A stretch of DNA of 63,594 nt, counting the filler, from Thraustochytrium aureum (taxonomy: Eukaryota), in the NCBI GenBank assembly GCA_012862495.1. It is 5 parts of 4 records of this genome, joined end to end, with 100 filler letters (N's around TTAATTAATTAA, not from the genome) between each part and the next. Parts side by side here need not be neighbours in the genome. Positions count along the whole stretch, not along the records: positions 14,631 to 44,785 come from BLSG01000153.1; positions 44,886 to 58,098 come from BLSG01000153.1; 3 more parts are not named here. One strand, 5' to 3'. Below the pieces are notes generated by a model that was not told where the DNA came from, made no database searches, and saw only the letters and a program-made list of their open reading frames with translations. Both the position numbers and the translations under genes were made by a program. How positions within the stretch are numbered: position 1 is the stretch's first letter; each line of letters starts with the position of its first letter. Positions 33,628-45,374 of the stretch are shown one piece after another.

Positions 33628-34138
33628 GCGCTTGCCACGTTGCCGTTGACGCGCGCCAGCTGGTCGGCCGGCACGGGGGTTTTACCCATCCCTTTTTCTT
33701 CTTCGGAAACGTGCTTGCTCGCGGGCGTCGGATACGGATAGCTTTGGTGCGTTCTAGCTACTAGTCGTCTGCGCTCGACACTCGGGGCGGTGGAGCGAGC
33801 GGCGGTTTGGTTTGGTTTTGGTCCTCGGGGTCTTGACAGGTTGCTTGATGTTTGGCTGCGACCAGCCGGTTCCCAGAGCGGGTCCCGGCAGAAAAGGACG
33901 CGCGTTCGCAGGGTGCTTGGTGGTATGTGCTGCGACGCTGGCTCGCATACTTTTGTCGATGCAGAGCAGTGGCGGCGGGGGCAAGCCTCCTCCGTCGTTT
34001 GGGTAGTCGAAAATTACGAGCGGGGAGGCGGCCATCCGTCCGCGATTCAGGGCGGGAGCAAAATTCAGGTGGGTCTACAACGCTCTCGCGGGCCGAAGCA
34101 GTCGTGCGAGAGGCGGTGCTCAATCTGGCGCGCGGGAT

Positions 34139-36426
34139 TTACGAGGTAAAGTTCTTGGCGCGCCAGACGAGCGCGGAAAGCGAGCCGCCACGGAAGAGTA
34201 CAAAGATGCAGAGCAGGATGACCACGTACAGCCAGGCCAGGTCCTCGTCTACATCATTGCTCTCGAGCAGGATGTGGCAGTCGGTGACCCGCTCCACGGA
34301 GCCAGGGGTGTCGCCGGCGCAGTTGTTCCCTCCGAACTCGGAGATCATGCCGAGCGCGAGGCCGAACTTTAGCGAGCACAGGTACTGGACCCACCGGATA
34401 CTCTCCGGGATCTGGTCGATCCGGATGAAGAACCCCGTGAAGAGCAGCTGCGGCACGAAGGCCAGCGGCGCGATCTCTTGCGCCTGCTTGACGTCCGACA
34501 CGAGAGCGCCCAACAAAAAGGCGTACGAGGCAGAGACGAGCTGCAGGAGGAAGATCTCGAGCGCCATGATGATGAACGAGGCCTGGAAGCCCACGAGCCA
34601 GTGCAGGATCAGGTTGATGAGCAGCGAGGTGGCAAAGTAGAGCGGGAGCTCAACCATCAGCTTGGAGACAAAGTACGGCAGGCTCGAGTAGGTCCCCGTC
34701 GAGTACTCGCGCAGGAACACGACGCGCTCCAGCGGAAAGGTGAGGAGCGGCGGCTGGCTTGCGCCAAAGAGCGCCGAGATGAACATGTTGGTGAGCGCGC
34801 CAAAATGCGAGTTGAGGAGGTAGTCGTCCGAGTCGACGTCCGCAGACTGGAAAAAGATCCACCCGAAAAGCAGGTTGAGGAACGTCGTGATGCCAAAGCG
34901 GCCGATGAGCGCGCCCTTGTCGCGGCCCAGGTTGCGGAACTCGCGGACCGCAAGGAGGCGCATCTGCGTGGCCGCCGAAGCGACGCGGATCTTGTCGAAT
35001 CCCGCGTCCTCGTCGCTGGCAGGCCCCAGGTTGCTCTCCCGCATGGCCGAGCCGTCGCCGTCCTCCGTCGAAACGATAACGCCAGCACTGTCCTCGTTGT
35101 GGTGGGGGAGCTCATCGTACGTCTTGGTCTGGGCCAGGACCATGATAAAGTCGGCCGGGTTGGTCATGGGCGGCATGGGAAAGCCGAGCTTCTCGAGCGT
35201 GGCCGGCATCAGCGACACGCGGCCGTTGTACACGACGCCGCCCTGCGCGAGCACCATGACCTTGTCAAACACGGAAAAGATTTCACTCGAGGGCTGGTGA
35301 ATCGTGCAGAGAACGGCGCACCCGCTGCGCGAGAGCGCGCGCAGGATCGAGATGACCTGGAAGGCGCTGTACGAGTCGAGCCCCGAGGTGGGCTCGTCCA
35401 GGAACAGGATCTGCGGGTTGGTCACGAGCTCGACGCCGATGGAGACGCGCTTCTTCTCGCCGCCGCTGAGGCCGCGCACCATCTCGGAGCCGCACATGGT
35501 GTTTTGCACGTGGGCGAGGCCCAGGGACTTTAGCAGCTCGTCCACGATCGTGGCGCGCTCGGAGGCGGTGACAGACTTTGGCAAGCGGAGCGTGGCCGAG
35601 AACTCGGGGCCTCGCGCGCGGTCGCGGTCGCGAACAAGGCGTCCTCTTGCAGCACGTACGCGACGTTGCGGCGAAACTTGGCCGGGGCCACGGGCTGGTC
35701 GTTCACGTACATGTTGCCCGAGATGACCTTTTTCTTGCTGTTGGAGATGCGCCCGGCCAGCAGGTTGAGCAGCGAGCTCTTCCCGGCGCCCGAGGGCCCC
35801 CAGCAGCGCGCAGACCTCGTTGTAGCGCACGTGGCCGGACACATTGTTGAGGATGGTGCGGCCGCCGACCGAGAAGCAGACCTTGTCCCACCGCAGGTTG
35901 GCGGCCTTGCGGGACTTGGAGAGCGCGTCAAAGTTGGGCGTAAAGTCCAGCTCGCCGAACANNNNNNNNNNNNNNNNNNNNNNNNNNNNNNNNNNNNNNN
36001 NNNNNNNNNNNNNNNNNNNNNNNNNNNNNNNNNNNNNNNNNNNNNNNNNNNNNNNNNNNNNNNNNNNNNNNNNNNNNNNNNNNNNNNNNNNNNNNNNNNN
36101 NNNNNNNNNNNNNNNNNNNNNNNNNNNNNNNNNNNNNNNNNNNNNNNNNNNNNNNNNNNNNNNNNNNNNNNNNNNNNNNNNNNNNNNNNNNNNNNNNNNN
36201 NNNNNNNNNNNNNNNNNNNNNNNNNNNNNNNNNNNNNNNNNNNNNNNNNNNNNNCTTGCGCGGTCAGCATCGTTGCAGCTCGCCGCCTTCCGCGTGCGTC
36301 CGTCGAAGCGAGGACGTTCTCGTGCAACCTGGCGCCGTCACGTGCTGGGGTGCCAGGTCCGTCGAGCTTCGGGCGCTCGCTGCCAAGTCTGGTCCTGGCG
36401 AAGCTGTCGCTGCCAGTTCTCTGCAA

Positions 36427-36462
<36 letters not shown>

Positions 36463-36519
36463 GCCCGCCTCGTGCTCGGACTCGTTCAGGGTCTGCTGCA
36501 CCATGGACTGCTTGGCCAT
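34139..36519 (-). CDS. Half-size ABCG (White-like) transporter; two compensating 1-nt frameshifts (~35800 and ~35608); gap in 5' part
   Basis: Walker A GPSGAGKS lies in an alternate frame. LSGGEKKR, FLDEPTSGLD, CTIHQP and an ABC2 membrane domain (ERVVFLREYSTGTYS) are in the main frame. Confidence 0.9.
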
Positions 36520-37415
36520 CCAACATTCAGAAATACGCAAAACCCCCAACTGTAAGTGTCCATGTCCAAAATACGCAATAAAACCAAAAAAAAACAAAAA
36601 ACGCAACAAACTTTGAAAAAAACCAGAGACAGAAGCAGAGAAAACGTGAAAAAAAACCAAAATGACGAAAAACCTGAACTCGTAGCAGCAAGTCCTCACA
36701 CGAAAAGAGCGAAGGTGCAGAGGGGATTTTCCTTTCATCCACTGAAAATAGCGCGCGCCTTCTGTCGAGGAGCAACACACGATTTGCCCGTGAGGCGGTT
36801 CTGCGACGGTTCCTCGCCCTCTCAGCAGGAGGGCGGCCCGCTCCCGCTTTCGCGGAGCCCTCTCACTCCTCTCCAGAGGGGAACGGCGGTTTCGGCGCCG
36901 GCGCCTGTGAGTGCGCAGAGGGGCGCACGAGGGAATTCCTCGTCGTACCCCCTCTCTGGTCTGCGAATTCCAGGGACGATTTCTCCGACTCTTGAGGCAA
37001 CTGGTGAGAGGAGGGAGTCGGGTTTTCGAGCGGGCAGAGCCTCACTGTGTGGAGGAACTGTGTGGAGGGCGAGGAGCCGTTGCAATCCTCACAGCTTCGG
37101 AGGAGTTGGGAATTTTTCTGCGAGACTGCGGTCCGCTCGTGCATGGAGGGGCGCAGAGGCACTTGTTGCAGTATCGCGGAGCCGTGCAGGACGCCGTGGG
37201 AGTGTGGCTGTTGCGCCGAGCGATTGCAGGTTTGGGCGTGCGTGCCCGGGGATTGGCGTTGGCTTGAGTCCGCCTCGATTGTGCTCGCAGCCATCCAACG
37301 AACGAACGACACGGAGTGAACGAGAACACCTGGTTTATGGCGCCGAGCTCATTGCAGCGGCGGGTTGGCTGTTGGCTGATGCCGAGAACGATGCCGGGTT
37401 GATGAGTGGCGTGCG

Positions 37416-37682
37416 CTGGTTGAACGGTCCTCGATGATGCGCGCGAAAACAGCGGGTTCATGGCGGCGGATGGTTCTTGCTGCAGCGGCTGGGTTCGCTC
37501 CTTGCGAAAACACCGTGGACATGCATGCAGGCCGATGCCGAGCGATGCCGAGCGATGCCGTCGACGTGCCACTGGTTGAACGGTCCTCGATGATGCGCGC
37601 GAAAACAACGGGTTCATGGCGGCGGATGGTTCTTGCGGCAGCGGCTGGGTTCGCTCCTTGGACATGCATGCAGGCCAACGCC
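37416..37682. repeat. Direct repeat, ~156-bp period, 2 copies
   Basis: CTGGTTGAACGGTCCTCGATGATGCGCGCGAAAAC...GGGTTCGCTCCTTG at 37416 and 37572, each followed by GACATGCATGCAGGCC (after a short insert in copy 1). Confidence 0.88.
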
Positions 37683-37914
37683 TGGCAATGGGGGCTTTGC
37701 TCGTCCTCGGCTTGGCAGGAATTGTGGTTCATGCACAGAGAGCTCACGACGACGAGAATGGGCATTCTTGAAATAATAAATGATGACAGCGGGGCTGGCT
37801 GGTCATTGTTTTGATTTCTGTTCTGGTTTTGTTACGCGGCGCGACTCGATCAGCACGGCTGGCGATTGGCGGTCGGTCTTTCCGCCGAGGTCTCTCGTTT
37901 CAATATTCGTTTGG

Positions 37915-40900
37915 TTAGACAGCGCGCGACTCGGCAGCAGCCGGCATTGGCTTGGCCGGGTCCACGTGCGGCTCGGCGCCCCCAGAGCGCATGGCTTCGA
38001 CGCTCATCCGCGTGTAGCGCTCGACGGACTTGAAGCATTCTATTGTGCGAGGGTCATCGGCACCGAGCGCGGCCTTGAGAAGCGCGTAGGCGGCCTTCTC
38101 GCTCTGGAATGCGGCCCGATAGTTCGCCGTGGCGGCCACAATGTGCGCTGCGGTGCGCAGGTAGCGCGCCTTTTGGAGCTCCGCGCCGGGCCCGCAGCGC
38201 GCGATTGCCACCTGGATGGCCGTGTACGCGAGCGTCAGGTTGCCGGCCGCGGCGAAGATGGACGCGACCCGCTGGTAGAGCGCCGGCGCCTCGGCGTTGC
38301 GCGGGCCCGACATGAGGTCGTGCAGGTAGATGGCCCGCCGCACGCAGCGCAGCGCCTTGTCGAGCGCCCCGTCCGCCTGGTACATGGCGGCCAAGCTGCT
38401 GTAGCTCTGCGCGACGTCGGTCGAGTCGCGCTCGCCAAGCAGCGTCAAGAGGGCTAGCGCACGCCGCTGCTGGTCGAGGGCGTGCGACATGTCGCTCACG
38501 CTCTGCATCACCGTGGCAATCGTCGCGCAGCAGGCCACCGCGCTCTTGTGCGCAGGCCCCGACACTTGGCACGCCAGCGTCAGCGCCTCGTTCGCGAGCT
38601 GGTACGCCCTCTGGAGCTCCTTCTTGTTCTGCAGCTGCAGGTGCATCTTGCACGCCTCGAGGAGGTCGCGCACCTCGGGAAGGCACCACTCGGGGCGGCA
38701 CGACTTGAAGAGCGGAACTATGTCGAGCACTCGCTTGCAGCAAACGGCCCAGCCGAGCCGCCCTGCAACGCGTAGGCCTTGGACACGATCACGATCCCCG
38801 TCACCTGCACAAGCGGCGGAGCAGCGGGAGCGGCGCAGCGCGCGCAGCACGCGAGCTTGACTCTGCCCCTGCAGAAGCGACCTGCGCAGAGGGCTTGGGC
38901 GCCGCCACAAACCACCACTGGAGGTCGTGGCCAAAGTGGCTCTTGACGTGGCGCCGGAGCGCCTCGCGCACCAGCTGGGCGCCGCAGCCGCGGGTGGCGC
39001 CGTGGGCGGCGCGCTCGCCGCTGCACAGCCAGTTCACAGCAGCCGCACGCACGTCGCTGCCCGCGGCGGGCGCCCCAGCGCCCTCCGCGCCTGCCCCAAA
39101 AACAGCGTTAGCAGCGCGGCGCGATCAAGCCCGGGGCCTGGTCTTGCCCCGACTGCAGCGCGCGGCGCAGCAGCCACTTGGCGGCTCGGGAAACCATCTC
39201 TATCTCGCAGAGCTCGGCGAAGCTCTGCGGAAGTGCGCCCTCGAGCGGAGAGGCGCTCGCCTCGGCTGCCAGCGCGTGCGTGATCAGCTCGCCCAAGTAG
39301 CGAACGTTGATCCCATACCCGTGCATGGTGGAAATAAGCGTCTCGCCGTCCGCGACGAGCAGGGCGTGGCGGCGCACGTCCGCGACGAGCCGCGGGATCT
39401 GCGCCTCGAGCAGGAAACGCGCCAAATCTTGGGCCGCACGCTCGGCGGCGGGGTTGCGGTCCTCCGGCGCCTGGTTGGCCGAGTACAGGTTGGCATCGAG
39501 AACGGGCATCTCAGGCTCGGGCACGGCGTCAAGGGCCTTCTTGACCGCTTCCTCGATTTCCTTGCGCGTCGTTTCGTCCCACTCCTTTTCCTCAATGTCT
39601 TTGTCTTTGTCGTCGTCCTGGTGCGCGGCGGACCCGGCGCCAGCCTCTGCCGGGTCGGCGCTGGCCGGCTCCTTGGCCGCGCTTGCCTTCGTAGCGGCGC
39701 GCTCGCGAAAGGCGAGGACCACCGCCTGGGCGGCCCGCTTGCGCTCGGACTGCCATACCGCGTGCAGGTTGCGCACAAAACTGCTCATGAGTTCCGGGCG
39801 CAAGACGGCCACATAGTCGGCGTCCTCCGACCCGCGCGTCGCAGCCTCCGCGCTGCCGTAAAAGTTGAGGTCGAGCGGCGTAAGCCGCATGAGGTCCATC
39901 AGATAGAGNNNNNNNNNNNNNNNNNNNNNNNNNNNNNNNNNNNNNNNNNNNNNNNNNNNNNNNNNNNNNNNNNNNNNNNNNNNNNNNNNNNNNNNNNNNN
40001 NNNNNNNNNNNNNNNNNNNNNNNNNNNNNNNNNNNNNNNNNNNNNNNNNNNNNNNNNNNNNNNNNNNNNNNNNNNNNNNNNNNNNNNNNNNNNNNNNNNN
40101 NNNNNNNNNNNNNNNNNNNNNNNNNNNNNNNNNNNNNNNNNNNNNNNNNNNNNNNNNNNNNNNNNNNNNNNNNNNNNNNNNNNNNNNNNNNNNNNNNNNN
40201 NNNNNNNNNNNNNNNNNNNNNNNNNNNNNNNNNNNNNNNNNNNNNNNNNNNNNNNNNNNNNNNNNNNNNNNNNNNNNNNNNNNNNNNNNNNNNNNNNNNN
40301 NNNNNNNNNNNNNNNNNNNNNNNNNNNNNNNNNNNNNNNNNNNNNNNNNNNNNNNNNNNNNNNNNNNNNNNNNNNNNNNNNNNNNNNNNNNNNNNNNNNN
40401 NNNNNNNNNNNNNNNNNNNNNNNNNNNNNNNNNNNNNNNNNNNNNNNNNNNNNNNNNNNNNNNNNNNNNNNNNNNNNNNNNNNNNNNNNNNNNNNNNNNN
40501 NNNNNNNNNNNNNNNNNNNNNNNNNNNNNNNNNNNNNNNNNNNNNNNNNNNNNNNNNNNNNNNNNNNNNNNNNNNNNNNNNNNNNNNNNNNNNNNNNNNN
40601 NNNNNNNNNNNNNNNNNNNNNNNNNNNNNNNNNNNNNNNNNNNNNNNNNNNNNNNNNNNNNNNNNNNNNNNNNNNNNNNNNNNNNNNNNNNNNNNNNNNN
40701 NNNNNNNNNNNNNNNNNNNNNNNNNNNNNNNNNNNNNNNNNNNNNNNNNNNNNNNNNNNNNNNNNNNNNNNNNNNNNNNNNNNNNNNNNNCTCGGGCGAG
40801 TTCGAGGCACTCGTTGAGCTCGACCGCATTGTCGAGGACCTTGGCGCCTTCGAAGCACATTGCCGACCAAGGGCCAGCGGCGCCGCTGCGGCGGCCTTTG

Positions 40901-41234
40901 CCGCGCTTCTTCTTGCCGGCGCGCTTGCTGGCAACCTCAGCCGCGGGCACGGTCTCCAAGTGCGAGCAGGCTGAAATGTGGCACAGCTCAGGTATCTCCA
41001 GCAGGAGCGTTTTCAGGTTGGCTGATGTTCCTCCTTCTCGGATATCGGGGATGCCGAGGACGCGGGGCTTGGCCCCGGGCCCGCGCCGCTTTCCGGTGAT
41101 GTCGTGCAGCACAACGCGGACAAGCAGCGTTCTCGCGCGGCCACTGTGAGCGTCAGCGTCGCATGGTCTTGCTCGCCAGCCTCGGGTTTCTGGGCGGCCG
41201 CCAGCTCCTCTTCGATGTGCACCGTCTGCACCAT
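37915..41234 (-). CDS. CLU1: Clustered mitochondria protein (CLU1/CLUH/Tif31 family); gap and ~4 apparent frameshifts
   Basis: LYLMDLMRLTPLDLNF..LRPEL, DGETLISTMHGYGINVRYLG..EMVSRAAK and C-terminal TPRs (QRRAL..ERDSTDVAQSY..LGADDPRT). Frame changes near 41160, 39115, 38810 and 38733. Confidence 0.88.
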
Positions 41235-43021
41235 CGCGCGGGCGGGTGGGTCCGGTAGCCTCTTGTCCGTTCGCGGCCCAGCGACCTCAGCCTCGCCGTG
41301 CGTCCGTCCGCCGTGCACGACGACTTCACACCGAGCCACACGATCGGTGGCGAGGTCCCAAGAGAAAACGATCTATCCTGCTGCCTCGCAGGGCCAGAGT
41401 CGGGCCAGCCCAGCTCGGGCCGAACGCCGCAGAGCTCGTGGGTGCAGTGCGTCGGTCCGCGGCCTCACTCGCTGGGCGCAATGCGGGTCTGCTGCTCCAG
41501 CGAGCGTGCGTCTTGCACGTCGAGCCGCCCGCGTCCATAAGGTGGCACGATTGCGAAAAAGGCGCCCGAATTGCGCAGTTCACGCGGCGCGCGGAGGAGG
41601 ACTGACGATGAAACAACTTGACGCCGGTCCACGCTGCGCCGCGGCGCTCTGCTGCGCTCCAGCGACTGCCCACTCACTCGAGAACCCACCTGCACCGCCG
41701 TGTGGCTTGGCTCGCTGGCATGGACGACTCCTCGCGTTCGTGGGAGAGTGGTACTTGCGACAAAGGAGGAAGAACCCCAGCCCGCGGCTGGTTTTGCTCG
41801 TCCTGCAGGAACCCTTCGATGATCGCGAACGTGGAGAACCTGGATTTGTTCTCTCGCTGGCGAGAGCCGACCAACGTGCCGACTCTGCCGAGGCCGAGTC
41901 GATCCTGTTCTGGTCCACCGTGACCGTGACGTCACGCGCAAGCGCTCGCTCGCTCGGCTCGCTCGCCACCATCATGGCGCAGGCTGACTATTTACTTATG
42001 TTGTGATGATGGTGCGCGCGCGCTCGGCAGCCAGCCGCCTCAAGCCTACCAATTCGCTCGCCCCGCAGGCATTGCTGGAGGCTTGAGCCTCGCACTCTGC
42101 CAGTATCGTCGCGTACTTGGGCTGCTCGACGTGNNNNNNNNNNNNNNNNNNNNNNNNNNNNNNNNNNNNNNNNNNNNNNNNNNNNNNNNNNNNNNNNNNN
42201 NNNNNNNNNNNNNNNNNNNNNNNNNNNNNNNNNNNNNNNNNNNNNNNNNNNNNNNNNNNNNNNNNNNNNNNNNNNNNNNNNNNNNNNNNNNNNNNNNNNN
42301 NNNNNNNNNNNNNNNNNNNNNNNNNNNNNNNNNNNNNNNNNGTATGCACGGGCGCGTCTCTTGCGCCTCGCGCCTCGACGCAGGCATCTGCGCGAGCTGG
42401 GCGCCGCGCAGAGCTGCTGCTGCTGCTGCTCGGCGCCCGGGCCGCCGTGGATGAGTCCATCGAGCGATCATCGTCTGGTTGGGCTGTTGGGCGTGCGTAG
42501 GTACCTACTCGAGTAGCGCATAGCGCAAGAGCTAGCTGGTCTGGTTGTCTGGGTTCTGGTTGTTCTGGTTGTTCGTCGATGGATCAGCCGACGGAGGAGC
42601 CAGCCATCCTCGGCGTGCGTCCGACGCGGGCAGGTCTGCGAGCTCGCTCGCTCAGCCGATCGATCGATGTGATCGCAGGTCCCGCTGGCGAGCGAGTCGC
42701 TCCTGGTCGTGCTGGCGCTGCTGCAGGCGAGTCGCTCCTGGCCTTGCTGGCGCTGCTGCAGGCGACTGGAGCGGTGCTCCTGCCCGGGGACTGGCTGGCT
42801 GGTGTCCGGCGAGGCCAGAGGCGCGGCCTGGTCCTGCGTCGGCTCGAGGCCTCCAGCTGCCCCCGGTGACAGACAGACAGACAGACAGGCAGGCAGGCAG
42901 ACAGTGAGACAGCACAAGTGCTCGACGAGGACCGCGCGGCCGAACGGGCTGCGCGCGATACGGACGAGGCGCGGCGGAAGGGCTGCCTGCGGCCAGGCGG
43001 GCGCGCTGACAACGCGCGGCG

Positions 43022-44785
43022 ATGGGGCAGCACGCCGCGGACGGCGTGGCCGCCGCGAAGGGCAAGGAGAAGAAGACCAAGAGCAAACGGAGCACGAGCG
43101 GCAGCGCGCCAGCCAAGGCGCGCAAGAAAAAGTCTGACTTGAAGGGCAAGGAGGGGCCCGAGTGGAAACAGCGACTCGACTCGCTGGTCATGTCGGTGCA
43201 GGTGCAGGCGCTTGAAGTGTACAACAAAGTGCAAACAAATGCGCAGTATAGGCAGCGCTTGCTGACGTACGCGGCCGCCGCGTTGGCGGTCGTCCTCCTC
43301 GTGGTCGTGCTGGGCCGCGGGTCGCAGAGCAGCACGCAGACGCTGCGCGTGACCGCCTTGCACTCGGGAGGGCCGAGCGGATCCAGCGCGCGCGCACAGC
43401 CCAAGGGCCCGCTCGGCATCCCAAAGCGGCAGCGGGAGAAGCTCGAAGTCGGGTTTGACGTGTCTGGCGCTGACCTGCTTAGCGTGAAGCGCAGGTTCGG
43501 GACGCGGGCCGAGTACGAACGCGCGCAAAAGACGGCGCGGCAAAAGCTGAGCGCCAAGGACGAGGCGTGCTTCAAGAGCATGCCCGTGCAGGTGCGGCGC
43601 GACGCGCCAAAGTTTTCGGTGTACCAGCCGCGCAAGGTGTTCGACCTGGCCGTGCTCCAGAAGGCGCACAAGGCGCTGGGGTGGGTGGAGGAGACCGACC
43701 TGAAAAAGGCCTCGCTGGCGCTCAAGGGCGTGCCGCGCATCGTGTTCCGGCAGCTCAAGGAGGGCAAGCAGTACTACGACATGGTGGCCTCGCTCGGGCG
43801 GATTGGCTCGAAAAAGAAGACGCAGCTCTCGACGCTGCGCAACCACGTGCGCAAATTCAAGTGCTCTTTCGAGTCGCTCCACATCCAGCCGCGGAGCTAC
43901 GACATGAACCGCCCCACGGACTGCCAGAGGTTCTTCGCAAACCCGGACAAGGGCAAGATGTGGATCCTAAAGAGCTGCAAGAGCGGCGAGGGGTCCAAGG
44001 GCATGGGTATCAGCGTGATTGACGACCTGGCCCCGCCTCGGCAAGAGTGGGGCGAGTGCAAAGAGAACGCGTTCAACTACGTTGCGCAAGAGTACATCGA
44101 GCAGCCCTTCCTGACGGACAACCGCAAGTTTGACATGCGCGCGTACCTGCTCGTGGCCAGCACCAAGCCGTACGTGGTCTTCTTCAACCCGGGCTACATC
44201 CGGCGCTCGCTGGCAATCTACAAGCCCACCTCGACAGAGAAGGACGACGTTCTCACCAACTACCACGTGCAGATGAACCGCGAGGACTTTTCGCCTGGTG
44301 ACGCCATGTGGGACTTTGACCACTTTGTCACGTACCTCAAGGAGAACGGGCACTGCGAGGCGTGCGGCGACGTCGAGATTCAGCTCGCCAAGATCTCGCG
44401 CCTTGTCTTTGACGCCGGCCGGTCCTACTACAAGCGTTGGTCGGGCTCGTTCCAGCTCGTGGGGCTTGACTTTATGCTAGACGCCAACCTCAACCTGCAG
44501 TTCATCGAGGGCAACGTGAGCCCGGGTATCGGCAACCACGGGCTCAAGTGGAAGCGCGAAAAGATGGCGGACCTCGTGCAGATCATGTACGAGCAGGTCG
44601 TGCTCATCCACGAGCGCCCCAACGAGTTTGACCTGCGCATCGGCGAGCGCGTCTACGGCAAGTACGGCCACTACTGGGAGCTCGTCATCAACGAGCACTA
44701 TGAAAAGTGCAACAAGGCCATGCGGTTTGACCCTTGTAAGGAGCTCAAGGTGGAAGGCGTTGAGGAGGAGCCAGAGGACCTCGTG
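43022..44785 (+). CDS. Tubulin-tyrosine ligase-like (TTL/ATP-grasp) protein with N-terminal membrane anchor; truncated at scaffold end
   Basis: WILK..GMGISV, VAQEYIEQPFL..RKFDMRAYLLV, LTNYHVQ, FQLVGLDFMLD..FIEGNVSP. Hydrophobic helix LLTYAAAALAVVLLVVVLG. Confidence 0.88.
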
Positions 44786-44885
44786 NNNNNNNNNNNNNNN
44801 NNNNNNNNNNNNNNNNNNNNNNNNNNNNNTTAATTAATTAANNNNNNNNNNNNNNNNNNNNNNNNNNNNNNNNNNNNNNNNNNNN
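44786..44885. other. Artificial scaffold-joining linker
   Basis: N44-TTAATTAATTAA-N44. Confidence 0.97.
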
Positions 44886-45374
44886 CACCGACCGGGCGGC
44901 GCCCACCCAGGTGTACAGCTGGTCGGCGGCGTACCGCTGCTCCAGGTTGTGGATGATCAGGCCCTCGTTCTGGTCGTCCAGCATGACGAGGTCATCCTCG
45001 GGCATGCGGAGACTGCTGAGCTTGACGTTCCAGAGGGGCACCTTTTGGGAGCGCCCGCCGGTCAGAGCGTCCTGCATCACGCCGCGGGTCACGGTGGCCT
45101 TCTTGCCGTCCGGGTACGTCTTGACCTCGTAGCTGCCGCCCTTCTCCTTGAGCACCTTGGCGGGCTGCCACACCTTGGTCGGGTGGGGCACAAACACAAA
45201 CTCGCCGTTCATCATCTCGCGCTCCTCGCTGCTCATCAGCTCGGCGGGCTTTTCCCAGGTGATCTCCTGGGTCTCGTTGTTAAAGTAGTACGGAAACCCG
45301 TCGATCGTGTACTTTTCGTTCCATCCTTGGGTCTCCTTCTTGCCCATGAACCGCTTGCTCAGCCTGGCCAACAT
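44886..45374 (-). CDS. Myosin heavy chain, N-terminal fragment with WW domain
   Basis: WW domain GWNEKYTIDGFPYYFNNETQEITWEKP; SH3-like FVFVPHPTKVWQPAKV; motor start EDDLVMLDDQNEGLIIHNLEQRY..LYTWVG. Cut by the scaffold edge. Confidence 0.88.

Noticed and set aside
37915..41234. Programmed frameshifting, RNA editing or pseudogenisation of CLU1
   Set aside because: No consistent slippery motif at the breaks, the protein is otherwise well conserved, and similar indels occur in unrelated genes. Assembly error is the simpler explanation.
42584..43882. Long antisense or overlapping ORFs (also 7561-8670, 9886-11073, 22576-23634, 34478-35533)
   Set aside because: These are shadow ORFs expected from high-GC codon usage of the real genes and carry no recognisable motifs.
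43022..45374. TTL-like gene next to myosin as a cytoskeletal cluster
   Set aside because: They are separated by the linker at 44786-44885 and lie on different scaffolds.
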